A stretch of DNA of 51,643 nucleotides from positions 1 to 51,643 of the forward strand of contig JAPOGE010000002.1 in assembly GCA_028283345.1 (NCBI GenBank), read 5' to 3'. Below are positions 23,642 through 32,056 of the stretch, one piece after another. Numbering within the stretch: the first letter of the stretch is position 1; each line of letters begins with the position of its first letter. The translations under genes and the position numbers were made by a program. The notes beneath the pieces are model-generated. The model was not told the origin of the DNA and did no database searches. It saw only the letters and a list, made by a program, of their open reading frames with translations. The stretch is from Candidatus Poseidoniales archaeon. GTDB taxonomy: Archaea; Thermoplasmatota; Poseidoniia; Poseidoniales; Poseidoniaceae.

Positions 23642-25426
23642 ATGGCGGAGGTCGAGCCGACTTGGCTACTTATCGATGGCTATGAGGATGAGCCGGCAGC
23701 TTTCGGCGTCCCACCGTATGTCGGCTTTCACATCCGCTATATCGCCGGGGTGATGGAAGCGCATAAACTGCGCTATGAATACATCACCATCGACCGTTGG
23801 CGTGAGATGGTTCGCAGCGCCGATGACCTCGCCGACCTCAACCTTCAGAGGGTACTGGGCGTGACCCTGCTCGCCGGTGCGGTTGTTCCAGGAAAATATC
23901 TGCGTGGCACCCCGATTTCCCTGCGTGAGACCAAGGAATTACTGGGAATGATGCCAACCGATATTCCATTCCTGGCCGGCGGTTGGGCGATTCGGGGCTG
24001 GCGTCAGGCTGGTTGGAGCCCTTTGCGGGCAAATCTATTCCTCACCGTGCAGGATACCGATGCAACCCTCGACCACTACTTACGCCACGGCAGATGGAAG
24101 CATCAGCGTCGCACCACCGAGCAATGGCGTCGATGGGCGCATCTGGGAGCGACCTCGAAGGCGGTCACAGAGCATCCCGATCTCACTGGCCCACTGACCT
24201 ATGAGGTTGAACTCTACCAGGGCTGTGTGCGCTTTAAGAACGGCTGCAAATTCTGTATCGAGCCGAAAAAAGGGGTGCCGATCGACCGACCGGTCGATGA
24301 TGTGCTGTCCGAAGTCAGGTCGGCACTGGATGCCGGGGTCAGGCACGTTCGCCTCGGAGGGATGACCGATGTCTACACCTACATGGCCGAAGGAGTTGCC
24401 GAGTTGGAATACCCGATACCCAATCCCGAACCGATTGCCGAAATATTATATGGACTGAGACAGGATGAGCGGCTGGATACGCTGCACGTCGACAACGGAA
24501 ATCCTTCGATAATCGCTGAGAATCTCAGTGCCGCAACCGAGATTACCAAGGTCATGGTCGAAACCCTCTCCGATGGTGCAATCCTGTCTTTCGGGCTGGA
24601 GAGTGCCGACCCCGCCGTCCATGCCGCAAATTGGCTCAATTGCGATTCCGCCCAACTGAAGACGGCGATTCGTCACATCAATGATTACGGCCGAGAACGC
24701 GGTTCACGTGGACTGCCGAAACTTCTTCCCGGCCTGAACTTCATCGCCGGCCTCAATGGTGAGACCAAAGCGACCTATTCGCTCAATCGTGAACTTTTGA
24801 GAGAGTTGCGAGACGAGGGTCTGTGGTTGCGAAGAATCAACATTCGGCAGGTCGAGGGAGAGGGTTTTCAGGAGATACCGCAGGACGAGTTCAAGCGCTT
24901 CAAGACCTGGGTTCGAGATGAGGTGGATGCACCCTTACTGAGAGAATTATTTCCTCTCGGACAACGACTCTCAAAGGTGAGATGGGAATCTCACGACAGT
25001 AGGATACGTCTGCCGGCGCACTTGCGGGATGAGCATCTCAGCGAAACCATCCGCGGCCGGGCTGGGGTGACATTCGGCCGCCAGATCGGGGCCTACCCAA
25101 TCCTGATCGGAATACCATATCAGATTCCGCTTGAGACCACCAGTGACATCATCGTGACCGGCCATGGTAAGCGAAGTATTTCCGCGGTAGAGGTCGGATT
25201 GGACATCAATTCATGCTCGCAGAAGCAACTTGAGGCGATAAATGGAATCGGGGAAAAATCGGCGTGGAAGATGATCAGTATACGCGCAAAGGGCAAGAAC
25301 AATTCTGGTGATGAACCGGTCTGGCGCCACTACGAGGAGGCTTTCGCCGCCACTGGGCTTGCCGTTCCCGAACATGCTGAGGTGATTTTCGCTGAGTGTT
25401 TGCACAATGAGGGGGTGAGAGATTGA
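23642..25426 (+). CDS. Radical SAM-like protein with N-terminal B12-binding-like region and C-terminal helix-hairpin-helix
   Basis: The Cys motif is YQGCVRFKNGCKFCIEP, i.e. CX6CX2C rather than the canonical CX3CX2C. Also present: LSFGLESADPAVH and LLPGLNFIAGLNGET (radical-SAM core-like), and a C-terminal QLEAINGIGEKSAWKMI (HhH). The family assignment is tentative. Confidence 0.55.
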   Translation: MAEVEPTWLLIDGYEDEPAAFGVPPYVGFHIRYIAGVMEAHKLRYEYITIDRWREMVRSADDLADLNLQRVLGVTLLAGAVVPGKYLRGTPISLRETKELLGMMPTDIPFLAGGWAIRGWRQAGWSPLRANLFLTVQDTDATLDHYLRHGRWKHQRRTTEQWRRWAHLGATSKAVTEHPDLTGPLTYEVELYQGCVRFKNGCKFCIEPKKGVPIDRPVDDVLSEVRSALDAGVRHVRLGGMTDVYTYMAEGVAELEYPIPNPEPIAEILYGLRQDERLDTLHVDNGNPSIIAENLSAATEITKVMVETLSDGAILSFGLESADPAVHAANWLNCDSAQLKTAIRHINDYGRERGSRGLPKLLPGLNFIAGLNGETKATYSLNRELLRELRDEGLWLRRINIRQVEGEGFQEIPQDEFKRFKTWVRDEVDAPLLRELFPLGQRLSKVRWESHDSRIRLPAHLRDEHLSETIRGRAGVTFGRQIGAYPILIGIPYQIPLETTSDIIVTGHGKRSISAVEVGLDINSCSQKQLEAINGIGEKSAWKMISIRAKGKNNSGDEPVWRHYEEAFAATGLAVPEHAEVIFAECLHNEGVRD

Positions 25427-26178
25427 GTGAAGGTGGAACTGAGAAGGTGATGGAATTACGAGGTGCAGCCGAAAAATTGTCTCACCGCTGCGATGAATTG
25501 ATTGGTGAAATCATCGCCGAGACCGTTGTCGAATACGCCACCAATCCACTCGATTATGCCCACCTGCCACATCGAGAATATCTCAAACTCGCCGGCCAAT
25601 ACAAAGCTGAGACCATCTTGCTGGGTATGAATCCAGGGCCTTGGGGAATGGCGCAATGTGGCATCCCTTTCGGAGCCACCAAGGTCGCAAGGGAACTGTT
25701 GGGAATTACCGACCTCGAGGTGTTCCAGCCGCAGGGAGCGCATCCGAATCGCCCGGTCATCGGATTGGAAATGACCCGTCAGGAGGTGTCAGGAACCCGC
25801 CTGTGGGGCGCATTGGAGCAACGTTATGGCACGGCTGAAAAAATACTTTCCAACATCTTCGTCGTCAATCACTGCCCGCTGTTATTACTCGACCGAGAAG
25901 GACGGAATATCACCCCGGACAAACTGAGTGGTCAAGCAGTCACAGACCTGATGTCGGCCTGTGATGAGCACTTGCGAGAGGTGGTTGCAATCCTTTCCGC
26001 CAAGAAGATTATCGGAGTCGGTAAATACGCTGAGGCACGCGCCTTGCAAACCTTTCCGAATCAGATGGGAAGGGGGCTGGAAATTTCCTCGATCTGGCAT
26101 CCCAGCCCGGCCAGCCCGCTGGCAAATCGCAATGACGGAGCCGATTGGCGGGAGAATATCTTCGCTGAATTACCATGA
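25423..26178 (+). CDS. SMUG1-type (family 3) uracil-DNA glycosylase
   Basis: GMNPGPWGMAQCGIPFG compares with human SMUG1 GMNPGPFGMAQTGVPFG. HPSPASPLAN compares with HPSPRNPQAN. The TTG start at 25423 overlaps the upstream TGA (TTGA). An alternative start is ATG 25450. Confidence 0.8.
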   Translation: MSEGGTEKVMELRGAAEKLSHRCDELIGEIIAETVVEYATNPLDYAHLPHREYLKLAGQYKAETILLGMNPGPWGMAQCGIPFGATKVARELLGITDLEVFQPQGAHPNRPVIGLEMTRQEVSGTRLWGALEQRYGTAEKILSNIFVVNHCPLLLLDREGRNITPDKLSGQAVTDLMSACDEHLREVVAILSAKKIIGVGKYAEARALQTFPNQMGRGLEISSIWHPSPASPLANRNDGADWRENIFAELP

Positions 26179-26186
26179 ATGCTGGT

Positions 26187-29100
26187 TCATTCCCACCGAT
26201 CATCAGATGGTGGGAGAGTTGGCGCCTCGGGTAATTTTACCGAGCCTGGATTTGTGTATTTCTGTTGTTGACTCCACTTCACTGCACCTCGACCCCCACC
26301 ACCACGGCGGCCTACCAGAAATGCCAGCAGGATGACGAGGAGGAATAGCAGACCGATGGTGAAATTCTGGGCTGTGGATAATCCCCCGGCCGCTCCGGTG
26401 GTTCCCGATAATCCACTTCCGCTGTTCTGACCTGTTGCATTGCCACTCCCTTCTCCGTCACCTGTAGATGAAGGCGAGGCGAGTATGGTGATAGTTCCAT
26501 TCAAGCAATCGGACAAGTTCCCATTGACGGCACAAACTTCCCAATTCTTCTCGCCAACGGAGCCAAAAACCAGACTTAAAGCTGAATCAACGCTGTAATT
26601 CTTTCCTTCAATCAACCACTGAATCTCATCATCAGTATTGGCAGAAGTTGCCCGGAAACCAGCGGTTTCACCGACATATGATTGGTACGGGACGCGTACT
26701 GTTTCTAAACTCGGAGGTGGTTCTTGCTCGGGTACAGGTGGGTATACTCCTTCATCGATGAGGTCGTCGCAATCATCATCGAGGCCATTCCATTTCTCGG
26801 TCGCCCCAGGGTTGATGCTGGCATTGCTATCATCACAGTCTTCGAAGTGATACCAACCATCACCATCGGCATCGGCATCAGCGACCAGTGGGTCGCTGGA
26901 ATAGTACCAGATTTCGGCACCGTCTTCCAAACCATCGCCGTCGGTATCCGGATTTGTCCAGTTGGTACCAAATGTCGAGTATTCGGCCAGGTCTGTCAGG
27001 TTGTCACCATCGCTATCGATGCTTTGGAAATCCTCGTCCAACAGCCCATCGCAATCATCATCGATGCCGTTGAGCAGTTCTTCGGCCCCGGGATGGATAT
27101 TCTCGTCGCTGTCATTACAGTCAGCGAACCAATAGTATCCATCACCATCGCTATCGGCATCGGCGACCAGAGGGTCGGAGCCGTAGAGGTTGACCTCCTC
27201 ACCGTCGAGCAATCCATCATCGTCGGTATCATTGTCCAATGGGTTGGTCGAGTGATTGTGGAACTCGTCGTAATCGCTCAGTTCATCGCCATCTGAATCC
27301 AAGATATCGAAACCCTCGTCGATTATGTTATTGCAATTCTGGTCGATGCCATCGAGTATCTCGACCGCTCCGGGATAGACCGCTGAATTGTCATCATCAC
27401 AATCTGCGAACCAATAGAATCCATCGCTGTCGGCGTCGGCGTCGTACACCATCGGGTCGGTTCCGTAGATGTTTATCTCATCACCATCGGCAAGGCCATC
27501 ATCATCGCTATCGTCATCGAGCGGGTTGGTGCCATAGGTGTTGACCTCATCACCATCAGAGAGGCCATCGAGGTCTGAGTCGGCGGAATTCGGGTCGGTT
27601 CCCCACTCTAGTACCTCTTCGCCGTCGGTCAGCCCATCGTCATCGCTGTCAGGGTCAAACGGGTCGGTATTGTGAACCTCGGTCTCGTTACTATCCCACA
27701 GACCATCACCATCGCTATCGACGATGGCATTGGTGCCGTGCAATGATAGACTCCAATAGTTCAGGGTGCCGGTATCGCCATTTCCCTGGTCGCGCACCTT
27801 GAGAATCCAATCTCCATCACTCATCTCATCCCAATGGGCGGTCGAGGTAAATACCCAATCAGACCAGTCGTTGCCGCTGTCACTATGCTTGACGGCCAAC
27901 TCGGATTCACTACCATAGGGAGAGACCAGGACGACTTCCAAGTCACCGCGGTAGGAGTGGGAGGCATCGAATAATATCTCGACCGATTCAACTTTCATTC
28001 CTTGATTCACGGTATGGGTGAACGTTGTCCAGATATTTGAATTATCAGGAATCGTCTGGCTGACGGTCAGGGTCCCCGAGGTATAGTTGATTTCAGGCTG
28101 GACCATGGTCCACGCCGCCGCAAGGTTGGTGGCGGCGCCGGCATCGATTACCCCGTGGCCATATTGGTGATTGAAATCATGACCGCCTCCATTGGTGAAC
28201 CAGCCGCCGTCGCTGGCGTCGTTGGTGCGGGCCGAGTTGACGAGGATGTGCTGAACATCGCGCCAGGTAAGGTTGGAATTGGCCTCAAGCATCTGGGCGA
28301 TGATACCGGATACCAGCGGGGTCGCACTGGAAGTACCGCCGAAACTATCGGTCCAATCACCATTGGAGTAGCCCCCTGAACCCTCTATATCGGTGGTGGT
28401 GATTCCAGAGGAGCCACCATCTGAGGGGGCGACGATGAGCAGGTTTGCGCCCGGTTCAGAATAGTATGAGCGTTCGCCATCGTCTTCGACAGCTCCTACA
28501 GCGATGGTGAAGCGGGAGTTGGCATATCCATCATAATTCGAATCATCACCATTACTGCCACCGTTGCCGCCGGCGAAGGTGATGATTCCGCCGAGCCCAA
28601 GACGCCCTTCATAGGCCTGTTCTTCAAACGCCGCAGTCATCAGTGGTCCCGGTGTTTCGACCGTATTGCCATCATCGGACGGCCCCCACGAATTCGAGTA
28701 AATATCGACATTGCCCTTCTGGTGCAATAGGGCGCTCGACTCAGTGGAATCGGAAATAGAGCAGGCGATGAGCCTGATGCCGATCAAATCACCATCCATC
28801 GCCGCTCCGGCAACACCGTAATTGTCGTTTCCATAAGCCGCAGCGACACCGGCCGCAGCGGTGCCATGACCATCCCATGTCAACGGATTCGGATTACCGT
28901 CATTTCCACAGTAATCGTAATCGAGACTATCCAGATAATTTGGCGACAGGTCGCCGTGGTCGGTATCGAGACCATCGTCGACGATGGCGATCAATACGCC
29001 GGTACCATCGTAATTATTCCACGCCGCGGTGATATTGACATCCTCGCCCGAGGTGCCGCCGCCTTGACCGGTATTGCGAAGATGCCATTGGTCGCTGAAT

Positions 29101-29405
29101 TTTGTATCGTTGGGAATCAATCTTAGATCATGTTCAAATTCGACCATCGGGTGAAATGCTTCAACCTCATCATTCACCACCAGTGCTGCTTGAGCGCTGG
29201 TACCATCTTTGAAGGTAATAATCCAGGTGTGCTCAAGGATTGTCGATTGCAGCCTTAGTGCCCCCATTTTCTGCACTTTTAGTCGCAGCGCCGTTTCGTC
29301 GATTGAACAATCTCGGCTCGGCATCACCACCAGCCATTCTGTCGATTCGGCTCGCACGACCGAATCGGTAGTCAATTTAGCCTGACGTGAAAACGCAAGT
29401 TGCAC
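26187..29405 (-). CDS. Kexin/subtilisin-like S8 serine protease with P-domain, TSP3/MopE-like Ca-binding repeat array and C-terminal TM anchor
   Basis: The catalytic triad contexts are IAIVDDGLDTDHGDL (Asp), WDGHGTAAAGVAAA (His) and GGTSSATPLVSGIIAQM (Ser). The P-domain reads SYRGDLEVVLVSPYGSESELA...DGDWILKVRD...GTLNYWSLSLHG. Next come DxDxDG / DCDDxxxxxxPGAxE repeats, then the TM segment IGLLFLLVILLAFLV. The main ORF has no signal peptide (see 29372..29608). Confidence 0.85.
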   Translation of the reverse strand: MQLAFSRQAKLTTDSVVRAESTEWLVVMPSRDCSIDETALRLKVQKMGALRLQSTILEHTWIITFKDGTSAQAALVVNDEVEAFHPMVEFEHDLRLIPNDTKFSDQWHLRNTGQGGGTSGEDVNITAAWNNYDGTGVLIAIVDDGLDTDHGDLSPNYLDSLDYDYCGNDGNPNPLTWDGHGTAAAGVAAAYGNDNYGVAGAAMDGDLIGIRLIACSISDSTESSALLHQKGNVDIYSNSWGPSDDGNTVETPGPLMTAAFEEQAYEGRLGLGGIITFAGGNGGSNGDDSNYDGYANSRFTIAVGAVEDDGERSYYSEPGANLLIVAPSDGGSSGITTTDIEGSGGYSNGDWTDSFGGTSSATPLVSGIIAQMLEANSNLTWRDVQHILVNSARTNDASDGGWFTNGGGHDFNHQYGHGVIDAGAATNLAAAWTMVQPEINYTSGTLTVSQTIPDNSNIWTTFTHTVNQGMKVESVEILFDASHSYRGDLEVVLVSPYGSESELAVKHSDSGNDWSDWVFTSTAHWDEMSDGDWILKVRDQGNGDTGTLNYWSLSLHGTNAIVDSDGDGLWDSNETEVHNTDPFDPDSDDDGLTDGEEVLEWGTDPNSADSDLDGLSDGDEVNTYGTNPLDDDSDDDGLADGDEINIYGTDPMVYDADADSDGFYWFADCDDDNSAVYPGAVEILDGIDQNCNNIIDEGFDILDSDGDELSDYDEFHNHSTNPLDNDTDDDGLLDGEEVNLYGSDPLVADADSDGDGYYWFADCNDSDENIHPGAEELLNGIDDDCDGLLDEDFQSIDSDGDNLTDLAEYSTFGTNWTNPDTDGDGLEDGAEIWYYSSDPLVADADADGDGWYHFEDCDDSNASINPGATEKWNGLDDDCDDLIDEGVYPPVPEQEPPPSLETVRVPYQSYVGETAGFRATSANTDDEIQWLIEGKNYSVDSALSLVFGSVGEKNWEVCAVNGNLSDCLNGTITILASPSSTGDGEGSGNATGQNSGSGLSGTTGAAGGLSTAQNFTIGLLFLLVILLAFLVGRRGGGGRGAVKWSQQQKYTNPGSVKLPEAPTLPPSDDRWE
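26750..27719 (-). repeat. Coding repeat array: about three ~85-aa units (TSP type-3-like DxDxDG loops + MopE-like Cys motif)
   Basis: The recurring unit is DSDGDxLxDxxE...TNPxxxDTDxDGLxDGEE...YGSDPLVADADxDGDGxYWFxDCxDSxxxIxPGAxExxNGIDDDCDxxIDE, at residues about 563-885 of the protease. It generates spurious antisense ORFs such as 26724..27296. Confidence 0.75.
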
Positions 29406-29608
29406 CGCCGTCGAGTAGGAATAAAGTCCACAATCTTCCTGACTGAGTGGGCCGGGGGCAGGTGGGTCGCCGAAGTGGTTGGCAAGGCTGAGTTGGGGTG
29501 CTGAAGCAAGGTCATCGCCGCGGTTGTGGTTGATGAAAAGACGGTTGAAACAGAGGCTGATGAGAGGGTGAGAAACAGCGCCAAAAGCATTACTCTAAGC
29601 CATCCCAT
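29372..29608 (-). CDS. Out-of-frame 5' segment encoding the likely signal peptide of the downstream protease (frameshifted gene or assembly indel)
   Basis: ATG 29608 gives MGWLRVMLLALFLTLSSASVSTVFS, a classic n/h/c signal peptide. The protease frame is open from about 29590 (…NRGDDLASAPQLSLANHFGDPPAPGPLSQEDCG…) but has no ATG, GTG or TTG before GTG 29405. Confidence 0.5.
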   Translation of the reverse strand: MGWLRVMLLALFLTLSSASVSTVFSSTTTAAMTLLQHPNSALPTTSATHLPPAHSVRKIVDFIPTRRRCNLRFHVRLN

Positions 29609-29717
29609 GCATCGCTTTGGCGACCTTTCACATATGATGCTATTCGTTGCTCGTGCCTCAGGTTATCCGAATACCCCACGGGTGTTATTTGAAATACAAA
29701 CAAGTAGGTGGGGGGCC

Positions 29718-31628
29718 ATGGCGAATGAGGCATTTCGGTGGACACCTTATCCTAGCACTAAAGACTGGTCGGCACCTTCTGGAGACGACCCCCGTACCCT
29801 GTATCGAATGTTACTCGAGAGTATAGAGAGATTTTCAGATGAGCCGTGTTTCGGTTGGATACCTTCTCCGGGAATGGCCAGAACCCACCTGAAATATGGT
29901 GAATATGGCGACCTCTGTGATGCGGTAGCCCGAGCATTGCGCGGAATCGGGCTCGAGACGGGAGACCGGGTGGCACTCATCGTCGACAACTCGGTTGAAT
30001 GGGCGGCCACAGCATATGGCGCCAATGCCATCGGAGCTGCATATACCGCGATGTATACTCACCAGAATGGCGGCGATTGGCGCTTCATACTCGATGATAG
30101 CACCCCTAAGGCAATCCTGGTCGCCAATCCCGAAATACTCGACAAGCTGATTGCCCACATGCCCAAAGATGCAAATGATTGGCCTGCCGGTGGAATCATC
30201 ATGCTCGGAGATGAGGCGGCAAACGAGTTCCCCCCTCAAGGGGTAAACGTGGTGATGTGGAATGATTTCGTCGCCACCGGGAGAGCCGCCGAACCGCTCG
30301 GCGAGCCAGCCGATGACCATACCGCTCTGGCCACTCTCATCTACACCAGCGGCACCACCGGAGACCCGAAGGGGGTGATGTTGTCGAACTGGAATCTGAT
30401 GTCGAATGTCCTGTGCGTACAGGGTGCGTTCGACCTGCGTCCCGGCGACCGCAACGCCGCATTCCTGCCGTGGGCACATTCCTTTGGAAGCACCTTTGAT
30501 CTACACTGGATGCTTCGCTCCGGGGTTCATATCAACCTGATTTCAGACCTTACTAAAATAGCCGATGAATGCATTGAAATCAAACCTGCGGTACTGATCG
30601 CAGTGCCGCGCGTATGGACAAAATTCTACGACCGGGTCAATAGCCAGTTCGCCGCTTCAGCAGTCAAGACTATGCTCTCAAACAAAGCCACAAAACACGC
30701 CAAAAAGCGAATCGCCAAAGCCGGCGTCGACTGTGATGCTGTGCCACCCAAGGGATTTCGTGACAAGTTCTTTGACAAATTAATCTGGAAAAAGGTACGC
30801 GCTCGATTCGGCGGCAATATCCGCTTCTGTATGAGTGGCGCCGCGGCGCTCTCTCCAGATATCGCCGAATTCATCCAGTGCGTCGGATTCGCATGCTATG
30901 AGGGATACGGCTTGACCGAGACCTCACCCCTGGTAAGTGCAAATGGCTGGATGGGGCCTGGCGGTTCACGCCTGCGGACGGTCGGAAAACCGGTCAACGG
31001 GGTTCGTGTCACCATCGATACCTCTGCATGGGATGACCCGGAAAGGCCGGAAGAGGGTGAGATAATTGTCCACGGCCCCAACGTCATGCAAGGTTATTGG
31101 AATCTGCCAGAGGCTACCGCTGAAGTGATGACCGAAGATGGTGGTTTCCGCACCGGAGACCTGGGCAAGTTATCCGCCGATGGCTACCTCTCGATAACCG
31201 GACGAGTGAAATCGCAATTCAAATTAGAGAACGGTAAATACGTCAGCCCAGCGCCACTCGAGGAGAATGTCAAATTGAGCCCACTGGTCGAACAGGCGGT
31301 CCTCGATGGTCGCAATATGCGCAACACCTACCTGATCATCCACCCAAATATGCACGCCCTGAAAAAGTCCTTGGGTGAGGCCGGAGTAGTCGCATCGGGG
31401 GATGATGCTGCGCTATGCGCGAATGATGAAGTAAAGTCGTGGATGCTGAAACAATTGCAGGACAACAGTATGTTATCACCGACTTGGAAGGGTTACGAAG
31501 TTGCTCGAAATATCATTCTCGACCACGAAGAATGGTCGACCGACAACGACCTGATGACCCCATCTCTTAAGGTCAAACTACGAAATATTCTGGTTCTCCA
31601 TGAAGATTCCATCGCCGCGTTGAAATGA
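29718..31628 (+). CDS. fadD: Long-chain-fatty-acid--CoA ligase (AMP-forming acyl-CoA synthetase)
   Basis: IYTSGTTGDPKGVMLS (AMP-binding motif), YEGYGLTETSP, FRTGDLG and ENGKYVSPAPLE. I prefer ATG 29718, preceded by GGTGGGGGG. The track ORF starts at 29526, inside the divergent protease leader. Confidence 0.85.
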   Translation: MANEAFRWTPYPSTKDWSAPSGDDPRTLYRMLLESIERFSDEPCFGWIPSPGMARTHLKYGEYGDLCDAVARALRGIGLETGDRVALIVDNSVEWAATAYGANAIGAAYTAMYTHQNGGDWRFILDDSTPKAILVANPEILDKLIAHMPKDANDWPAGGIIMLGDEAANEFPPQGVNVVMWNDFVATGRAAEPLGEPADDHTALATLIYTSGTTGDPKGVMLSNWNLMSNVLCVQGAFDLRPGDRNAAFLPWAHSFGSTFDLHWMLRSGVHINLISDLTKIADECIEIKPAVLIAVPRVWTKFYDRVNSQFAASAVKTMLSNKATKHAKKRIAKAGVDCDAVPPKGFRDKFFDKLIWKKVRARFGGNIRFCMSGAAALSPDIAEFIQCVGFACYEGYGLTETSPLVSANGWMGPGGSRLRTVGKPVNGVRVTIDTSAWDDPERPEEGEIIVHGPNVMQGYWNLPEATAEVMTEDGGFRTGDLGKLSADGYLSITGRVKSQFKLENGKYVSPAPLEENVKLSPLVEQAVLDGRNMRNTYLIIHPNMHALKKSLGEAGVVASGDDAALCANDEVKSWMLKQLQDNSMLSPTWKGYEVARNIILDHEEWSTDNDLMTPSLKVKLRNILVLHEDSIAALK

Positions 31629-31738
31629 TTGAATCCGAATGATATTTCTCGTAATCGGTCGAAAATCAGCATTTATTATTACTTCATTGACCAATGTCGC
31701 CATTTAATTCATAATCCGAGCATCTAGGTATCGATGAG

Positions 31739-32056
31739 ATGGCCGAGGCGAAGACAGAAAAGGAACCACCGCGGCAATCTCGAGCGTGGTTTGCACCAGG
31801 AAGTATTACCTATTTTCTCTATCTATACGAACGCCCAGTTGGTATCGGCGTATTGGTAGGGTCGGCGGGGGGGGCGCTCAATTCACTGATTTTCTCGATT
31901 CCCGTGCTCGCCTCGACTTTCATCGGTGCGGCATTGGGCGGCTTGGTGTGTATCGTCGTCGACCCGGCGATTCGCGCTATCGTCAACATCGTCAGCGCAC
32001 GCAGGCCATTATGTCGCAATCCAGATGCGCAGCCGCTCCGGTTCAGCCTTCACTAG
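31739..32056 (+). CDS. Hypothetical small membrane protein
   Basis: 105 aa with two hydrophobic segments, preceded by a 110-bp A/T-rich spacer. The stop overlaps the convergent nnr stop (CTAG). Weak support. Confidence 0.35.
   Translation: MAEAKTEKEPPRQSRAWFAPGSITYFLYLYERPVGIGVLVGSAGGALNSLIFSIPVLASTFIGAALGGLVCIVVDPAIRAIVNIVSARRPLCRNPDAQPLRFSLH

Noticed and set aside
26724-27296. 190-aa plus-strand ORF (and 27239..27544) rich in I, V and D.
   Set aside because: They are antisense mirrors of the Asp-rich repeat array of the protease. GAT/GAC codons read as ATC/GTC on the other strand. They show no independent start context or motifs.
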